A stretch of 40,007 nt of DNA from Omnitrophica bacterium GWA2_41_15 (GTDB taxonomy: Bacteria > Omnitrophota > Gorgyraeia > Ghiorseimicrobiales > Ghiorseimicrobiaceae): contig CAKKQO010000028.1 of assembly GCA_919902105.1 (NCBI GenBank), positions 49,220 through 89,226 on the forward strand, read 5' to 3'. Every line of letters begins with the position of its first letter. Within the stretch, counting starts at the first letter, position 1. Made by a program: the position numbers and the translations under genes. The notes below the pieces were generated by a model. The model worked only from the letters and a program-made list of their open reading frames with translations. It searched no databases and was not told the DNA's origin. Positions 27,987 to 37,596 of this stretch are shown piece after piece.

Positions 27987-29180
27987 CTATGATGATATTT
28001 TTTTAGCAAACTCTTTACCGAAATCAAAACAGCGCGTTAATTCATTTTTATCCGGCCTGTATTTGACTGAAATACTCGGAACAGATACCTCGATGCCGGA
28101 TTCTTTAAGCAATTCTTCTATATTTTTTACTGCCCCGCCTGCCCACCCGTATGAGCCAAATACTGCGGCACGCCTATTTTTAGGCTTAAGTCCCTTTAAA
28201 AATTTTAAAAAACCGGCCATCACCGGAAGCATATCGTTATCATGAGTAGATGAGCCGAAAATAAACCCTTTAGCATTAAACATCTGTTTTATGACCTCCG
28301 TGCGGTCAGATAACGCGATATCAAAAACTGCCGTCTCAACACCCGATGAAATAAGGCCGGCGGCAATCTCATAAGCCATCTTTGCAGTCGACTGCCACAT
28401 TGTTTCATAAATAATGACTGCCTTGGGCTTGGTGGTTTCATTTTTTGCCCAACTAACATAAGCGTTAATAATTTTTGCGGGATCCTTACGCCAGAGGATG
28501 CCGTGGCTGGGCGCGATTATGTCTATGGCAATATTCATTTTTTGTATTTCTTCAATTTTACGCAAAATTATCATGCTAAACGGCCAGAGGATATTAGTAT
28601 AATATTTTTCCGCCTCATCCATCAACACGCATTCGTCAACTTCATCATCAAAAAGCTTTGAACTCGCTAAGTGCTGGCCAAAGGCATCGTTGGAAAGAAG
28701 CAGTTTCTCCTCAGCGCAATAGGTAAACATACTGTCCGGCCAGTGAATCATCGCCGCCTCAAGAAAACCAAGCGTGCGTTTACCCAGCTTTAATTTATCG
28801 CCGGTTTTAACCACGCAAAAATCCCAGTTTTCATAATAGTTCCTATATAAACCTTCCTTACATTTTTCCGTCCCGAATAATTTTGCGCCAGGACAAAGCT
28901 TAGTTATGGCAGGGAGCGCTCCGGAATGGTCGGTTTCCACGTGATTTACTATAATATAGTCTATTTTTCCCGGCTCAACTATCTCACGGATTCTTTCAAT
29001 CATTTCTCCCGCAAACGGACCGTAAACCGTATCTACCAAAGCAATCTTTTCATCCACTATCAAATAGGCATTATAAGTCGTCCCTCTTGGCGTAGAGTAG
29101 GTATGTCCGTGAAAGGTGCGCACGTTCCAGTCAATTACACCCACCCAATAAATCCCTTTTTTTATCTCGAGTGGTTTCAT
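27987..29180 (-). CDS. fprA: Flavodiiron protein (O2/NO reductase)
   Basis: GTTYNAY, NHVETDHSG, HWPD, NDAFGQH, PSHG and flavodoxin FGSYGW. Confidence 0.95.
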   Translation of the reverse strand: MKPLEIKKGIYWVGVIDWNVRTFHGHTYSTPRGTTYNAYLIVDEKIALVDTVYGPFAGEMIERIREIVEPGKIDYIIVNHVETDHSGALPAITKLCPGAKLFGTEKCKEGLYRNYYENWDFCVVKTGDKLKLGKRTLGFLEAAMIHWPDSMFTYCAEEKLLLSNDAFGQHLASSKLFDDEVDECVLMDEAEKYYTNILWPFSMIILRKIEEIQKMNIAIDIIAPSHGILWRKDPAKIINAYVSWAKNETTKPKAVIIYETMWQSTAKMAYEIAAGLISSGVETAVFDIALSDRTEVIKQMFNAKGFIFGSSTHDNDMLPVMAGFLKFLKGLKPKNRRAAVFGSYGWAGGAVKNIEELLKESGIEVSVPSISVKYRPDKNELTRCFDFGKEFAKKISS

Positions 29181-29247
29181 CTGCTTTTACCCCTCTTTGC
29201 GCCGCAAAAGTTTTTGCGGCATCAAAGAAAAATGAAACATCAGCTGA

Positions 29248-29409
29248 TCATTTTTCTTCGACAAACTCGCTCTTCTCCGCACCGCATACCGGACATACCC
29301 AGCTTTCGGGTAAATTCTCAAAAGCTATTCCCGGGGCAACGCCGCTGTCCGGATCGCCTAAAGCCGGGTCATAAATATAACCACAAACTGTGCAACGGTA
29401 TTTCTGCAT
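29248..29409 (-). CDS. Rubredoxin, 53 aa (absent from the ORF track)
   Basis: Translated by hand: [53 protein letters not shown]; RBS AGGAAGG. Confidence 0.95.
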   Translation of the reverse strand: MQKYRCTVCGYIYDPALGDPDSGVAPGIAFENLPESWVCPVCGAEKSEFVEEK

Positions 29410-29518
29410 ATTTCCTTCCTCTTTATCTGGGCATTTATTGAGGCGTCCTTAAATGAAGAAACCAGATACATCCCATAACTTATGTTATGCAGGACATTTT
29501 TATCCATGTATTTAGTTA

Positions 29519-31459
29519 TTATACCACAGCGGCCATCTCTTTATTATCTACAGTAATCGGCGGATGCAGCATCGGCCTTAATTTTAGTTTCTCGCGCTTT
29601 TTATTGACGTGGTCAATAATAATATGGGCACCTTTAACTGGATCACTCTCAAAGCTCCATCCGGCGCCAACAATATCAAAAATATCTTTTGTGATATAGC
29701 GGGTTAGATTATCGCTGCCTAAAACCGGCAAGGATGAGCCGAATAAAACAAATATCCCGGAGGCTACCGCATACCAGCCAATAGCAATGGCCTTTTCCGC
29801 CATCCATTCAGGAGCCGCCCCGGCAACAGGCAGGTCGCTAAAATCTTCGCCTAATCCGCCCTCGTTTAAAATATTACAACACTCAATTAAAATACGGCTG
29901 TTATCCACGCAGGCTCCGGAATGAAGCACCGGAGGAATCCCGACGGCTTCACAGACTTCCCGTAGGCCAAGCCCCGCGTATTTTAAAGCCGCCTCAGGCT
30001 GCAATAACCCTGCCTTTCCGCAGGCAACCGCGGCACATCCTGTCTGCACTACCAAAACATCATGCGCCAGCAACTCTTTGACCATGGCGATGTGTGAGCC
30101 ACCGCTCTCATTCTTAGGGTTATCGCATCCGACTACCGCAACCACACCGCGGATTCTACCTTCAATAATTGCATTATTTAAAGGGAGGTAAGTTGATCTA
30201 TATCTGCCTCCTAAATGATGAAACACGCCTTCAGCAGTAAAACCAACCACAATATCGGTTTTTTCCTTCGGGATATGCACGCGCGCCTTATCGCGCTTGG
30301 GGAAATTTTCAATCGCCTCCTCAATCAAACGCCTCGCTGTCGTAACTGCTTCTTCTTCTTTAAACTCTACATGTTCCACCCCAGGAAAACGCGCCTTCTC
30401 ATGCGTAGAGACAATCTTAGTATGATAGCAACTTGCTACCTTTGCCAAAGACGGCATCACACATTGTAAATCAACCAGCATCAAATCGACGGCTCCGGTA
30501 ACCAAAGCCAATTCCTGCTGCAAGAAATTTCCAGCCACGGGAATTCCTTTTCTTACCAAAATCTCATTTGCCGTGCAACATATACCGGTAATATTTATTC
30601 CCTTAGCGCCTTTTGCCTTAGCCTTAGCAATTAATGCTTCTTCCATTGCTGTCTCTGCCACCACGTCCGATAAAAGCGGCACATGGCCGTGGACAATAAT
30701 ATTTACTTCGTCCTCTTTTAATACACCCAAGTTTGCCTGCGAACGTACGGGTTCAGGCAGGCCGAAAAGCACATCGGAAACCTCGGTTGCTACCATTGAA
30801 CCGCCCCAGCCGTCAGAAAGAGCAACTTTCATCGTAGCATTCACTAAACTTTTATAATCATTATCCACGCCAATATTGGTGCGCGAAAGCGCCTCGGTAA
30901 TCTCGCGGTCTATCCCGCGCGGCATAATCCCTAATTTACGCCAAAGTTCCCGCCGTTTTTTCGGCGCGCGCCTGACAAAAACCAATTCCCCGCTCTGCTG
31001 GCCGTATTCAGCAAGGATTTTTTCTGCCAAGTCTTTAGTGATGGCATTTAACGGCCTATTTTCTACGCTAACGCCGTATTCTTTAGCCACCTCTTTTAGT
31101 TTATCTTCAGCTTTAATACGGTAGCCCTCGGTCTTTCCCTCAGCTAAGGCTAAAAGCGCCAAAGTCAGATCCCGGCCGTGGTCATTATGGCAGGCAGAGC
31201 CGGCTACAGTATGACGCAAGAGGTTCCTTGCGGCAATAATATCCTTGTCTGCGCCGCAGACGCCGTATTGCGCACCTTCGCCAAAAGGATCAATTCTGCA
31301 GGGACCTAAATTACAGTTTTTACAGCACAACCCCAGTATGCCAAAACCGCAATGCGGCTCCTGCAATTCGCTTCTTTCCCATATTGTCTGAATACTTGCT
31401 TCTTGCGCGAGCTTTAACATCTCCTTAGTTGCAGAATCTGCAGAATTTATTTTTTTCAT
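29519..31459 (-). CDS. cooS: Anaerobic Ni-Fe carbon monoxide dehydrogenase catalytic subunit
   Basis: B/D-cluster C..CCKNC..GPC..C; C-cluster ligands HGH, ICCT, QC, GC.N, TGC and GACVDNSR; EWMAEK. Confidence 0.96.
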   Translation of the reverse strand: MKKINSADSATKEMLKLAQEASIQTIWERSELQEPHCGFGILGLCCKNCNLGPCRIDPFGEGAQYGVCGADKDIIAARNLLRHTVAGSACHNDHGRDLTLALLALAEGKTEGYRIKAEDKLKEVAKEYGVSVENRPLNAITKDLAEKILAEYGQQSGELVFVRRAPKKRRELWRKLGIMPRGIDREITEALSRTNIGVDNDYKSLVNATMKVALSDGWGGSMVATEVSDVLFGLPEPVRSQANLGVLKEDEVNIIVHGHVPLLSDVVAETAMEEALIAKAKAKGAKGINITGICCTANEILVRKGIPVAGNFLQQELALVTGAVDLMLVDLQCVMPSLAKVASCYHTKIVSTHEKARFPGVEHVEFKEEEAVTTARRLIEEAIENFPKRDKARVHIPKEKTDIVVGFTAEGVFHHLGGRYRSTYLPLNNAIIEGRIRGVVAVVGCDNPKNESGGSHIAMVKELLAHDVLVVQTGCAAVACGKAGLLQPEAALKYAGLGLREVCEAVGIPPVLHSGACVDNSRILIECCNILNEGGLGEDFSDLPVAGAAPEWMAEKAIAIGWYAVASGIFVLFGSSLPVLGSDNLTRYITKDIFDIVGAGWSFESDPVKGAHIIIDHVNKKREKLKLRPMLHPPITVDNKEMAAVV

Positions 31460-31507
31460 TTTTTCTAATACCTCCGTATCTTAAAAATATTACATTATCT
31501 AATTCTA

Positions 31508-32266
31508 TCATTCCAACAACGCTTTTGCTATATTTTTTACTTCCCGGTAAATTTTATCTTTTTTAAGTGCGGGATAATTTCCGTCTTGCGAAGCTTTCTG
31601 GCAAGCCGCGCTATAGGAAAGCCGGCCCAATAACTTCATCTTATCCAAGTTTGATTTAATAAAATTAAGGTCATCTTCGTCTTTTATCCGGTTTGCCACC
31701 AGAGAAATTTCTTTAATCCCGATATCTTTAGCTAAAGGATAAATACGTTTTAAACTATCCAAACTTAAATTAGCGGGCTCAATTATTATCAATAAGTGGT
31801 CAAATTTTGCGGCTGTGCCTCTTCCTAGATGCTCGACACCTGCCTCAAAATCAACCACAATATGTTCGTTTTCCCGTAAAACTATTTTATGCAAGAGCCG
31901 TTTTAAGAAGGTATTTTCCGGACAGGCACAGCCGGCGTCACCGGCATTCACGGTCCCCATTACAATTAGCTTTACGCCGTCTTGCTCTCTTATAAACCTA
32001 TCTGGGATATCATCTATCTGGGGATTAAGCTTAAAAAAACTGCGGTTTCCGCCTTTTACCCCCATCCGCTGCTCAATTAAATCCTTCATCTGGATAATCG
32101 GCTTAATCTTCTCGTAATCTGAAAAACCTAAAACCCTTGCTAAATTTGCGTCGGGATCGGCATCAACCGCCAAAACCTCTGCCCCCGTCTCTTTCAACGC
32201 CCAGCAAAGCAGAGCCGAAAACGTCGTCTTACCCACCCCGCCTTTTCCGGCAACAGCAATTTTCAT
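31508..32266 (-). CDS. cooC: CODH nickel-insertion ATPase
   Basis: GKGGVGKTT, DADP, GCACP and EAGVEHLGRG. Confidence 0.95.
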   Translation of the reverse strand: MKIAVAGKGGVGKTTFSALLCWALKETGAEVLAVDADPDANLARVLGFSDYEKIKPIIQMKDLIEQRMGVKGGNRSFFKLNPQIDDIPDRFIREQDGVKLIVMGTVNAGDAGCACPENTFLKRLLHKIVLRENEHIVVDFEAGVEHLGRGTAAKFDHLLIIIEPANLSLDSLKRIYPLAKDIGIKEISLVANRIKDEDDLNFIKSNLDKMKLLGRLSYSAACQKASQDGNYPALKKDKIYREVKNIAKALLE

Positions 32267-32325
32267 AGCATGAATTCTCACAAATAAAACACGAATCTAG
32301 ACAAATTTTATATATAGAAAATAAG

Positions 32326-32361
32326 AGTTTATATTATAAACTATTTTATTATCGCACGCAA
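32326..32361 (-). promoter_or_regulatory. sigma70 promoter for cooC-cooS with overlapping palindromic operator candidate
   Basis: TTGCGT, 17-bp spacer, TATAAT; AGTTTATA-T-TATAAACT (32326-32342) covers the -10. Confidence 0.65.
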
Positions 32362-32402
32362 CTTTTTATTCTAAAAAGCGCTGCTATTATTGTCTTTCAA
32401 AA

Positions 32403-32441
32403 TAAAAAGCGCGCCTTTCCCTTTTAAGAAGGCTGCGCCTT
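32403..32441 (-). terminator. Probable intrinsic terminator after the YgbA-like gene
   Basis: GCGCAGCCTT..AAGGCGCGC stem followed by TTTTTATTTT on the minus strand. Confidence 0.55.
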
Positions 32442-32462
32442 TAACTTTTGCCATTACTGTTT

Positions 32463-32747
32463 TTAGAGAATAATGTGCCTTAGCGCCAAAATTGGATGGC
32501 AGTAAAACATCCTGCGCGAGGAATAACGCATCACCACAATAATTTTCTGGCGCATATCCGCCTTATAACAATGTATCGGGCATTTAGCGCACACCGGCTT
32601 ATTTTCGCCGAACGGGCATTTATCCAGCCGTAAATGCGCATACTCTAATAAAGAACCGCACTCAACGCAAAGCCCTTTTTTTGTTTTATGCATGCCACGG
32701 CAGTAAATCCTTATGGACGCCGCAACTATATTTTTCTCTTTTGTCAT
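32463..32747 (-). CDS. YgbA-family (nitrous oxide-stimulated promoter) protein
   Basis: IYCR..H..LC..C..L..YA..RL..CP...KP.C..CP.HCY....R..I..VMRYS..RM...HP. Confidence 0.88.
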   Translation of the reverse strand: MTKEKNIVAASIRIYCRGMHKTKKGLCVECGSLLEYAHLRLDKCPFGENKPVCAKCPIHCYKADMRQKIIVVMRYSSRRMFYCHPILALRHIIL

Positions 32748-32768
32748 TTCTCTATCTTATACAATTTC

Positions 32769-33764
32769 CTATTCAAAATGAATCTCGTTTTTAGAAGGGG
32801 GTTTAGGATTTTCTATAATTTTATCCCCTAATCTTTTCCGCAATGTCTTTAGGAAAGCGTCCCATCTTTCCGGGATTTGCAAGATGGCCCCTATCCTCGT
32901 TCTGCCATATTCTTTCCCATTCTCGGCATACCATTCTGTTACCGTTTCTATGAAAGCCGGCACATCTTCATCTAAAATAAACTCGGCAATTTTATGTCCG
33001 CTAAGAGGATGTCTTCCGTGTCTGCCGCCCACGCGCACAATCCAACCCTTAACTTTCCCTTGCCAGCTGTCTGTAGGGCAGGCGCGGATACAGTCAGCAC
33101 AATAAAGACACTTCTCTGGATAATATACGGGCTTCCCGCTCTCGGAATCACTTACAATCGCTCCTTCTCTGCAGGCCTTTGAGCAGATACGACAGCCTGT
33201 GCAAGTCTCTTCATTCCACTCTGGCTTTACTGCGCCCTGAAAACCTAAGTCATTCTCGTTTGTCCTGGCGCAGTCTATAGGGCAGCCTGAGAATGATATC
33301 TTAAACTTATGCGGCATTTCTTGGGCAAAAAATCGCTCGTCTACAAGTTTTGCCATCTTCTGAGTATCCATAAGCCCATTAGGATTGTATTCACACCCTG
33401 AACAGGCAGTAGGTACCCTAATACGCGGGCCACAGGAAGCTACCTTTTGGCTGCCTTCCGCAAGCTCATCATAAACAGCTTTAAAATTACGATAGTCCAC
33501 ATAGGGCAATTCGAGGGACTGCCTGAAAGACAAATGCACATAATCTCCTGCATATTTTTTGGCGACTTCTACAATCTTCTCTAATTTAGATAGCGGCACT
33601 CTGCCGCCGGGACAACGCAGACGCACAGTGAACATATCCTTTTGTCTCTGTTTAATCAAACCACCTGATTTTAGAGTAGTAAAATCTATTTCCCCTACCT
33701 TACCTTCAATTTCTGTATCTATTTTTACTTTATTGGTTTTATCGGCTATAAAACTATCTTGCAA
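32769..33764 (-). CDS. Siroheme-type sulfite/nitrite reductase-like protein with 2x[4Fe-4S] insert (AsrC-like)
   Basis: VRLRCPGG, ACSGC, HKFKISFSGCPIDC and two CxxCxxCxxxC motifs; TTG start after AGGAGG. Confidence 0.8.
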   Translation of the reverse strand: MQDSFIADKTNKVKIDTEIEGKVGEIDFTTLKSGGLIKQRQKDMFTVRLRCPGGRVPLSKLEKIVEVAKKYAGDYVHLSFRQSLELPYVDYRNFKAVYDELAEGSQKVASCGPRIRVPTACSGCEYNPNGLMDTQKMAKLVDERFFAQEMPHKFKISFSGCPIDCARTNENDLGFQGAVKPEWNEETCTGCRICSKACREGAIVSDSESGKPVYYPEKCLYCADCIRACPTDSWQGKVKGWIVRVGGRHGRHPLSGHKIAEFILDEDVPAFIETVTEWYAENGKEYGRTRIGAILQIPERWDAFLKTLRKRLGDKIIENPKPPSKNEIHFE

Positions 33765-34011
33765 GGTTACCACCTCCTTTTTTTATAAGAAGCCTAAAAC
33801 TATTGCCAGAGAGCTTCTCAACCTTAATAATCTTATGTCCCTCTTCTTTTATTGAACGCGGCACATTTTGCATTGGTTCTCCATCGTCTATAATTACTTC
33901 TAAGACCTGTCCATCCTGCATCTCTTCTAACTTTAATTTTGTCTTCACAAAATTAATCGGACAAACTACGCCTTTTAGATCCAATCTGTCATCAACTTTT
34001 ATCTCTGTCAT
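33754..34011 (-). CDS. TusA/SirA-family sulfur carrier
   Basis: LDLKGVVCPINFVKTKL..L and DDGEP..NVP. Confidence 0.9.
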   Translation of the reverse strand: MTEIKVDDRLDLKGVVCPINFVKTKLKLEEMQDGQVLEVIIDDGEPMQNVPRSIKEEGHKIIKVEKLSGNSFRLLIKKGGGNLAR

Positions 34012-34058
34012 CTCAGTAATTCAAATGTTTTAATTCTTGACGCTCAGGCATGATTATT

Positions 34059-34796
34059 TCAATTTTCATCCAATAAATATATTTTCTTTGCAAGCTCTTT
34101 TCCCGTGGAAGTAAGAAATATCTTGTCAATTATCTGGTTTAATTTGGATTTATCCTTTATATCCGCTTCATCCCTTAAGTTCACTAACCAATCTGCATCG
34201 TATAAAACCTTAAAATTTTGTGTATTGATTTTCCCCGGAGAATGATGATGGGCAATTATTGCGCAGATTTCTTCTATGTCGGCTTTAGGCAGGCCTGCTT
34301 TCAACAAGATTTTACGGGCAACTTGCGGGCCTTCTTTCTCTTGTAAATTTCCCGCGGATGAGCCGTATTTTTCTAAAGCGGCCTTTATCCCAACATCATG
34401 CAATATTGCCGCAGGGACTACGATATGCCAGTCGGATTTTCCCTCTCTTAACAAATCCTCAGCAAAACCTAAAACTTTTTTAGCGTGGTTTATACGTTTT
34501 TGGTCCTCGCCGAAATAATCCTCTAATTCTTTTAATAATTTATCTTTCGTGGTAATTGCCTTGTTTTGCTTATAGGTTTGATATACCTCTTTACCGACGC
34601 AACGCTCTGCCGCTTTGCACCAGTCAAGGCAATTTCCCCCTTCCTTAAGGCGCAGGATTTTATTTTTGCACTTCGGGCAGGTTATCTGAATTTCATCCGT
34701 CCAGATTTCAACCTTATGTCCGCAACTGGAACATTTAATTTCTTCTGGCTCAGGCGAACGGAATTTCATTGAACCAGGACAAAAATCAATCGCCAT
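34059..34796 (-). CDS. Cys-rich zinc-ribbon/Fe-S domain fused to HD phosphohydrolase
   Basis: CPG..CxxC..E.W.DE..CxxC..C..WC....C followed by H..HD..HH..DAD. Confidence 0.8.
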   Translation of the reverse strand: MAIDFCPGSMKFRSPEPEEIKCSSCGHKVEIWTDEIQITCPKCKNKILRLKEGGNCLDWCKAAERCVGKEVYQTYKQNKAITTKDKLLKELEDYFGEDQKRINHAKKVLGFAEDLLREGKSDWHIVVPAAILHDVGIKAALEKYGSSAGNLQEKEGPQVARKILLKAGLPKADIEEICAIIAHHHSPGKINTQNFKVLYDADWLVNLRDEADIKDKSKLNQIIDKIFLTSTGKELAKKIYLLDEN

Positions 34797-34802
34797 TTTA
34801 GT

Positions 34803-35258
34803 TTATCCTTGTGGTTTAATTTCTCTAAAATCAATTATCTGCTCACCCGGACAGCCAGCAGGACCTTTTTGTTCTGAATGAGAATCTGTGGATATCCCAG
34901 ATAAGGGGTTCTCTATACCCTTTTCTTTAAGATAATCGAGTGCTTGTTCTAGGTATTCCTGCTGGTTGTGTTCTTTAAGATGTTTTAAATGGGCCTTGAT
35001 TACATTTTTTCCTTGTTTGACAATATTTACCATTACTTTTTTCTCATTATAGACTTGAGCTTCTCTTTCTTCAATAGTAATTGCACTTTCAGGGCAATAA
35101 CCGATGCAGGCGCCCAGGCCATCGCAATATAAATCACTTACCAGTCTTACCTTGCCATCAATGACCTGCAGCGCCCCTTCCGGACAATTGGGGATACACA
35201 GACCGCAGCCATTGCATTTATCGCGGTCAATTTTTATAATTTTCCTTTTCATAGCCAT
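34803..35258 (-). CDS. 4Fe-4S dicluster ferredoxin-domain protein
   Basis: CNGCGLC...CPEGA, CDGLGAC...CP and a terminal GCPG. Confidence 0.85.
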   Translation of the reverse strand: MAMKRKIIKIDRDKCNGCGLCIPNCPEGALQVIDGKVRLVSDLYCDGLGACIGYCPESAITIEEREAQVYNEKKVMVNIVKQGKNVIKAHLKHLKEHNQQEYLEQALDYLKEKGIENPLSGISTDSHSEQKGPAGCPGEQIIDFREIKPQG

Positions 35259-35268
35259 TCTTTGAATT

Positions 35269-35922
35269 CTAAGCTAAAGTTAAGCTCCTTGGCTTAGCCG
35301 CCTTAGAATAATCCTTGGGTTTTTGGATTTTCTCCATATCACTTAACTTACCCTGCTCCTTTAACTCATTATAAATAAGCACCCAAACACAATCTTTGTT
35401 TCTATCCACTTCGCATTTTCCGCCAAAACTGCCGCCGCAAGGGCCGTTTAAGAGCCCTTTAGCGCACTGGGTTACGGGGCAAATCCCGCCTACTAAATCC
35501 AAAATACATTCGCCGCAGGCAGAACACTTCTCAAATAGGAATTTGCCGCTTTTATCCAAGGTGGACATAAAGACCGTGTCGCATCCGGCATGCACCGGCT
35601 TTTTCTTTCTCTGGTTTTCCTTAACCGACTGCACACCCAAGCCGCAGGCCATCACCAAAATGCTATCTGCCGCCTCTACTGCCTTACGCTGCTTGGCAAA
35701 CTCCATCAACACCTGCGAGCCGACACAGGGCGCCTTAGGGATGACATAACCGGTAACATTTTTTCCGGCGGAAAGAAGTTTTTCCTTCATCTGGATAAGT
35801 TCTTTTTCTCCGCCAGTGCGGCAGGTAGTAGAACATTCCCCGCAGCCAACCAGAAAAATACTTTTTTCTGCACCTAAATTCCTTAAAATTTCTTCAAACT
35901 GCTTTTGATTGGTAACAATCAT
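35269..35922 (-). CDS. metV: MetV-like methylene-THF reductase small subunit (MTHFR_C)
   Basis: GCGEC...C.TGG, ACGLGVQ, C..CG.C.L...GGICP...C.K...NGPCGG and C.W. Confidence 0.85.
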   Translation of the reverse strand: MIVTNQKQFEEILRNLGAEKSIFLVGCGECSTTCRTGGEKELIQMKEKLLSAGKNVTGYVIPKAPCVGSQVLMEFAKQRKAVEAADSILVMACGLGVQSVKENQRKKKPVHAGCDTVFMSTLDKSGKFLFEKCSACGECILDLVGGICPVTQCAKGLLNGPCGGSFGGKCEVDRNKDCVWVLIYNELKEQGKLSDMEKIQKPKDYSKAAKPRSLTLA

Positions 35923-35962
35923 TTTCTCCCCCTGTCTTGTATGTCATCAATACAGCAGGAGC

Positions 35963-35991
35963 ATTATATGCTATTTTATTCTCTTAGGCAA
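35963..35991 (-). promoter_or_regulatory. sigma70-type promoter upstream of metV
   Basis: TTGCCT, 17-bp spacer, TATAAT on the minus strand. Confidence 0.7.
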
Positions 35992-36006
35992 CTCTTTTGG
36001 CGGCTA

Positions 36007-37581
36007 CTATACTTCCTTCTCCAATGCAGGAATTCTGACAAACAAGGAAATCAGGGTCTTTACGCCGATTGAGCGGATTATATTTATCATCATGGCGGCA
36101 TAGCCTACAACGATAACCAATCCGAAGAGCATCGCCACATACATATAGGGCAGATATTTCGTTTCGCCAAAGTACAAATTGCGGCGCAGCATCCCAGCTA
36201 AACCGGCATAACCCATCGCCATAGACATTCCGATTCCCCCGATAAAATTACACCAGAAATGCAGACTAACTAAACGGTTGCTTTTGAGTTCTAGCTTTGT
36301 CACCATAGGGAAAACTGCATAAAGCGCGGCAAAAAGGGTCATCGATAAACCCACAAGGATCATAGTATGGGCATGGAATCCGACAACCCATTGGGTGTTA
36401 TGCAGGATGCGATTAGTATCGACGTTGGCCTGCATAATGCCAGCGACTGCGCCAATCGCAAATCCAGTTATTCCGCCAAGCATAAACTTAAGCGGCACTG
36501 TCATCTTTAACGGCCTTGCCAACCAAAGAGTTGCCAGTGAACAAAATATAGCGATCCCTGTGGTAATGATTTCGAGGGAAGTAATCAATTCACCTGAAAA
36601 AAACCTTAAGAACAGCGGCTGCGGCTGGTCTGATAAAAGATGATGGCTCCAGACGCTCCAAGATACTACGAGCTCAATAAACATTGCCGCGCGCACAACA
36701 TTTTCTCCAAAGATAGACCTCTTGGTTATAAGCATAGTCAAAAGATACCAGGTGCCTACTACATAGATAAGCACTAAACCATCGGCAATCAGATCAAGGC
36801 CCCACCAATAAACATTTTTATAAATAAGCGGGTCTATAATTTTATGCGAAAACATTTTGCCGGCAAAACCTGAAACGGCATAAATGATAAGAACCAAAGA
36901 AACAAGACCTAAGACTAGAGCATCAAGTACCGTATCCACCGAACCTTTAAATATAGCTGTAAGCGGAAGCGGAACATCAGGCAGATCCTTCCTTTTACCT
37001 TTGCCAACGAGGCGTCGGAAAAGATTTATCAAGCCATCCAACCCTAAACCAGAAATTATATAGGCAGTAGTTGGCTTGGTTTGTCCAGGGGCCTTTTTCA
37101 ATATCGTGGCATATAAATTAAAGCAAAAAATCAAAACAGAACTCATTATAGTAAACATACCTATGCCATAGCTCAAAAGCGAAACTGGCGTAGAGCGCAA
37201 TATAGGAAGCGGCCAATAATTGGTATAAAGTGCCGCGTAACGGAAAAGGAAACTGCTTAACCAGACAATCATAACTCCGCCAACCATCAGCCATAGATTA
37301 AGATGCGCTAACTTCTCGCTGAATAGCTTCTTATTCATTAAAGTCGGTACTAAAAAATAAAACGCCCCCATCACTAACATAAAGCTATAGCCAAATACGC
37401 CAACGATCGGATGGGCGTTTAATACCGCAAAATAATGCTCTGGCTCAATAAGTTTAATGTTGCAGAGCTCTGTGCGCATCATCATACCTTCAAGGCTGCT
37501 CAACCCAAAAAATAGCAGCGAAAAAACCACGAATCTTAAAGTAATTTTCTCCAGACTACCTAATTTTTTTATTAGATTCAT
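36007..37581 (-). CDS. Heme-copper oxidase superfamily subunit I, gNOR-like putative nitric oxide reductase
   Basis: About 12 TM segments; helix II His (NAHP), WSHH and HAH. Helix VI reads YWWGLDLIAD, with Asp where the CuB His normally sits. Confidence 0.8.
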   Translation of the reverse strand: MNLIKKLGSLEKITLRFVVFSLLFFGLSSLEGMMMRTELCNIKLIEPEHYFAVLNAHPIVGVFGYSFMLVMGAFYFLVPTLMNKKLFSEKLAHLNLWLMVGGVMIVWLSSFLFRYAALYTNYWPLPILRSTPVSLLSYGIGMFTIMSSVLIFCFNLYATILKKAPGQTKPTTAYIISGLGLDGLINLFRRLVGKGKRKDLPDVPLPLTAIFKGSVDTVLDALVLGLVSLVLIIYAVSGFAGKMFSHKIIDPLIYKNVYWWGLDLIADGLVLIYVVGTWYLLTMLITKRSIFGENVVRAAMFIELVVSWSVWSHHLLSDQPQPLFLRFFSGELITSLEIITTGIAIFCSLATLWLARPLKMTVPLKFMLGGITGFAIGAVAGIMQANVDTNRILHNTQWVVGFHAHTMILVGLSMTLFAALYAVFPMVTKLELKSNRLVSLHFWCNFIGGIGMSMAMGYAGLAGMLRRNLYFGETKYLPYMYVAMLFGLVIVVGYAAMMINIIRSIGVKTLISLFVRIPALEKEV

Positions 37582-37596
37582 CTTTCTCCTCCATTA

